A stretch of 64,000 nucleotides of DNA from IMG/VR virus record IMGVR_UViG_3300020360_000085, positions 128,001-192,000 of that record. One strand, 5' to 3'. Position 1 is the first letter of the stretch. Each line of letters starts with the position of its first letter. The DNA is from a virus. Taxonomy: Duplodnaviria; Caudoviricetes. A model generated the notes under the pieces. The model was not told the DNA's origin. It saw only the letters and a program-made list of their open reading frames with translations, and searched no databases. Position numbers and translations under genes: made by a program. Positions 63,999-64,000 of the stretch are shown here, in pieces.

Positions 63999-64000
63999 GT

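Noticed and set aside
1-64000. Stop-codon reassignment, as seen in some large phages
   Set aside because: Genes tile the window densely under the standard code, and TAA, TAG and TGA all end genes at coupled junctions.
1-64000. tRNA, rRNA, group I/II introns, homing endonucleases, inteins or a diversity-generating retroelement
   Set aside because: Intergenic gaps are short and show no cloverleaf. No LAGLIDADG, HNH, GIY-YIG, reverse transcriptase or intein splice motifs were recognised. A degenerate intein inside the giant ORF cannot be fully excluded without an HMM search.
1-64000. Bacterial chromosome, prophage or contractile injection system (tailocin) origin
   Set aside because: No housekeeping genes or integrase. 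T4-type late promoters, T4-type RNase H, glutaredoxin and dense phage-style gene coupling indicate a lytic large phage genome.

Overview
This is an AT-rich, gene-dense window read with the standard genetic code. It is best explained as part of a large tailed dsDNA phage with a contractile tail: it carries gp25-like and gp6-like baseplate genes, T4-type late-promoter motifs, a T4-type RNase H and a glutaredoxin. No tRNA, rRNA, CRISPR array, integrase or transposase was seen. There are three blocks. (1) ~0.7-28.5 kb is a baseplate/tail module containing one 18.7-kb ORF (6236 aa) with embedded YHYH-like and carbohydrate-binding-like domains, a tail fibre with an autocleaving-chaperone-like C-terminus, and a DUF805 gene bracketed by a duplicated terminator + late-promoter unit. 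(2) ~28.5-55.9 kb is a ~27-kb co-directional, tightly coupled biosynthetic island and the strongest candidate for an uncharacterised system. It holds eight paralogous radical SAM enzymes with an N-terminal (not C-terminal) SPASM/twitch-like Cys cluster, several glycosyltransferase-like proteins (one with 9 tandem GT-like modules), a HAD phosphomannomutase, a nucleotide-sugar dehydrogenase, a degenerate NeuB-like protein, an SGNH hydrolase, a 2OG-Fe(II) oxygenase, a carbamoyltransferase and a methyltransferase. Late-type promoters and position next to the tail genes favour a virion or surface glycan-modification role; DNA hypermodification is the main alternative. (3) ~55.9-64 kb is a mostly minus-strand early/replication region with an FG-GAP lipoprotein-autotransporter-like gene, a SWIM protein, an acidic His-rich repeat protein, a MoxR-like AAA ATPase, glutaredoxin and RNase H. 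Five genes show a fixed TAAATA-N5-ATG architecture suggesting leaderless late mRNAs. All functional calls come from motif recognition by eye; no database search was run.
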